A stretch of 22,363 bases of DNA from Octopus sinensis (lineage: Eukaryota), in assembly GCF_006345805.1 (NCBI RefSeq), contig NW_021836918.1:1-22363 (forward strand), written 5' to 3'. This document shows, one piece after another, positions 20,882 through 22,363 of the stretch. A model generated the notes under the pieces. The model saw only the letters and a list, made by a program, of their open reading frames with translations. It made no database searches and was not told the origin of the DNA. The position numbers and the translations under genes were made by a program. Numbering within the stretch: the stretch's first letter is position 1; each line of letters begins with the position of its first letter.

Positions 20882-21110
20882 CCCTTCCTACCTCTCGTCT
20901 GTGTGATCCCTCTGTCGGCATTCACCATGTAGATCGTAGCCACTTAACCTTTTTTTATTTTCTCTCCCTGTTTATTTTTGTGTTCCTTTCTGTCGAAGAG
21001 CGTAGGCTCGAAACGTAAAAGACTTTCTCACTTCCCGAGCGTTAAACTAATACATTTGTTTGTTGCTTACACACTCGTCTTCGTCTTTTGTTTGTTTGTA
21101 AATTCTCACT
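20882..21110 (+). mobile_element. Family H1 copy 4, longest copy (hammerhead-like motif 20986-21021, core CUGUCGA)
   Basis: CTTT-CTGTCGA-A-GAGC-GTAG-GCTC-GAAA-CGT-A-AAAG. Also shares CCATGTAGATCGT with the reverse complement of about 4010-4025. Confidence 0.9.
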
Positions 21111-21296
21111 ATGTATATACCCATGTATATATAATCTTGGAACGCTTACTATTAGTGTTATCCACATTCTAGGAATGGAAATTTTGTTTTGTTAAAAACT
21201 GGCTCCTTCTCTACAGGAAGAATTTAAATAATTAGAACTATGGCATAAACGCAAGCATAAAGGCATGCATACATATAAACATCTATACATTACATG

Positions 21297-21485
21297 CAGG
21301 GTGGTCCAAATGTAGGTTCGCAATTATCTCATAAGCAATTTAAATTTCTTTTAAAACATTTTATTACATTTAAATTTCTATCTTACAATTAACTAAATTA
21401 GCATAGAATAATGGTTTCCTATTTATTTATAATTAAGATCTAAACTGTTAATATTTGAATAGCTGTAAACCTATTACATACTGCC
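21297..21485. mobile_element. Possible old Tc1/mariner MITE
   Basis: Left end CAGGGTGGTCCAAATGTAGGTT, right end CTGTAAACCTA (partial inverted match), AT-rich interior. Confidence 0.3.
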
Positions 21486-21523
21486 AAGAAAATGGGAGCA
21501 GTTTTCTTTCCAGTCCTACATAT

Positions 21524-21947
21524 CTCTTTTACTCTTTTACTCTATTACTTGTTTCAGTCATTTGACTGTGGCCATGCAGGAGCACCACCTTTTTAGTCGA
21601 GCAAATCGACCCCAGGACTTATTCTCTGTAAGCCTAGTACTTATTCTATCGGTCTCTTTTGCCGAACCGCTAAGTTACGGGGACGTAAACACACCAGCAT
21701 CAGTTGTCAAGCGATATTGTGGGGACAAATACAGACACACAAACATATACACACACATACATATATATATATATACACATATATACAACAGGCTTCTTTC
21801 AGTTTCCGTCTACCAAATCCACTCACAAGGCATTGGTTGGCCCGGGGCTATAGCAGAAGACACTTGCCCAAGATGCCACGCAGTGGTACTGAACCCGGAA
21901 CCATGTGGTTGGTAAGCAAGCTACTTACCACACAGCTACTCCTACGC
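21524..21947 (-). mobile_element. SINE, family B, least diverged full-length copy
   Basis: Intact head (GCTGTGTGGTAAG...GGGTTCAGTACC on the minus strand), internal (TA/CA)n and a (TAAAAGAG)n tail. Confidence 0.95.
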
Positions 21948-22204
21948 TTTTTTTAATATCTGATGACAGAGCATGTGCAAAGCGTAGTTTCACTCAAGAG
22001 AATGTTTGTTCTTTGCACTGCTGTTCGATACTTCTATTAAACTTAGGCTTCATTTAATGAGCAACTCTTTCTTTCACAAGTGACTTTGAGCTCTTCTTTC
22101 TTTATCTCGAAAGAATAGAAGATTTTTTTAAACAGGTTTTCAAAACAAGCAAGAATTAAATATTACTGAATCACAAAAAATGCACTTGTTCTTCATCCTA
22201 GCAG

Positions 22205-22341
22205 AAATCTGTCATTGACAAAACCTGTCAGAACAAAAATAGATGATAATCCAGTTAAAGTTGTCACTTCCTTTTACTGCTTCAGCAGCTCTACGGAACG
22301 CTTAAATATTAGAATTGAAAGAGAGGTCGTTGTTCGTTTTG
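22205..22341 (+). CDS. Candidate exon (NLSLTKPVRTKIDDNPVKVVTSFYCFSSSTERLNIRIEREVVVRF), product unknown; may run past the window end
   Basis: NAGNAG acceptor ttgttcttcatcctagcag and possible donor TTG|gtaaag. The frame stays open to 22363; an alternative strong acceptor lies at 22285. Confidence 0.45.
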
Positions 22342-22363
22342 GTAAAGCCTATACATCCGAAAA

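Noticed and set aside
21958-21990. CTGATGA-CA-GAGC-ATGT-GC-AAAGCGTA, resembling an H1/H2 hammerhead
   Set aside because: It needs a 3-nt deletion plus other changes, stem I does not pair, and no flanking H1/H2 homology is visible.
1-22363. CRISPR array, operon or prokaryotic defence system
   Set aside because: There are no regularly spaced repeat-spacer units and no long ORFs; all signals are eukaryotic.

Overview
This is AT-rich eukaryotic intronic/intergenic DNA. The SINE families and dense (TA)n/(CA)n/(TAGG)n microsatellites look like an Octopus (cephalopod) genome; that is a judgement from recognition, not a database search. There is no complete gene and no prokaryotic features, and almost every ORF in the track is a microsatellite read-through. 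The window holds about 11 tRNA-headed SINE copies from 4 families, an internally deleted R4/Dong-type LINE, a mariner-derived MITE and a young foldback MITE with 78-bp arms. It also holds an RFX/NRF1/NF-Y promoter-like cluster (about 6160-6410) and a phase-compatible chain of candidate + strand exons (18458-22341). The most striking signal is a set of minimal type-I hammerhead ribozyme (HHR) motifs from several unrelated Penelope-like/retrozyme-like repeat families. One family (4 copies) carries a non-canonical CUGUNGA core, and two of its copies form an inverted pair around a (TA)n tract. The HHR folds were worked out by hand and activity is untested.
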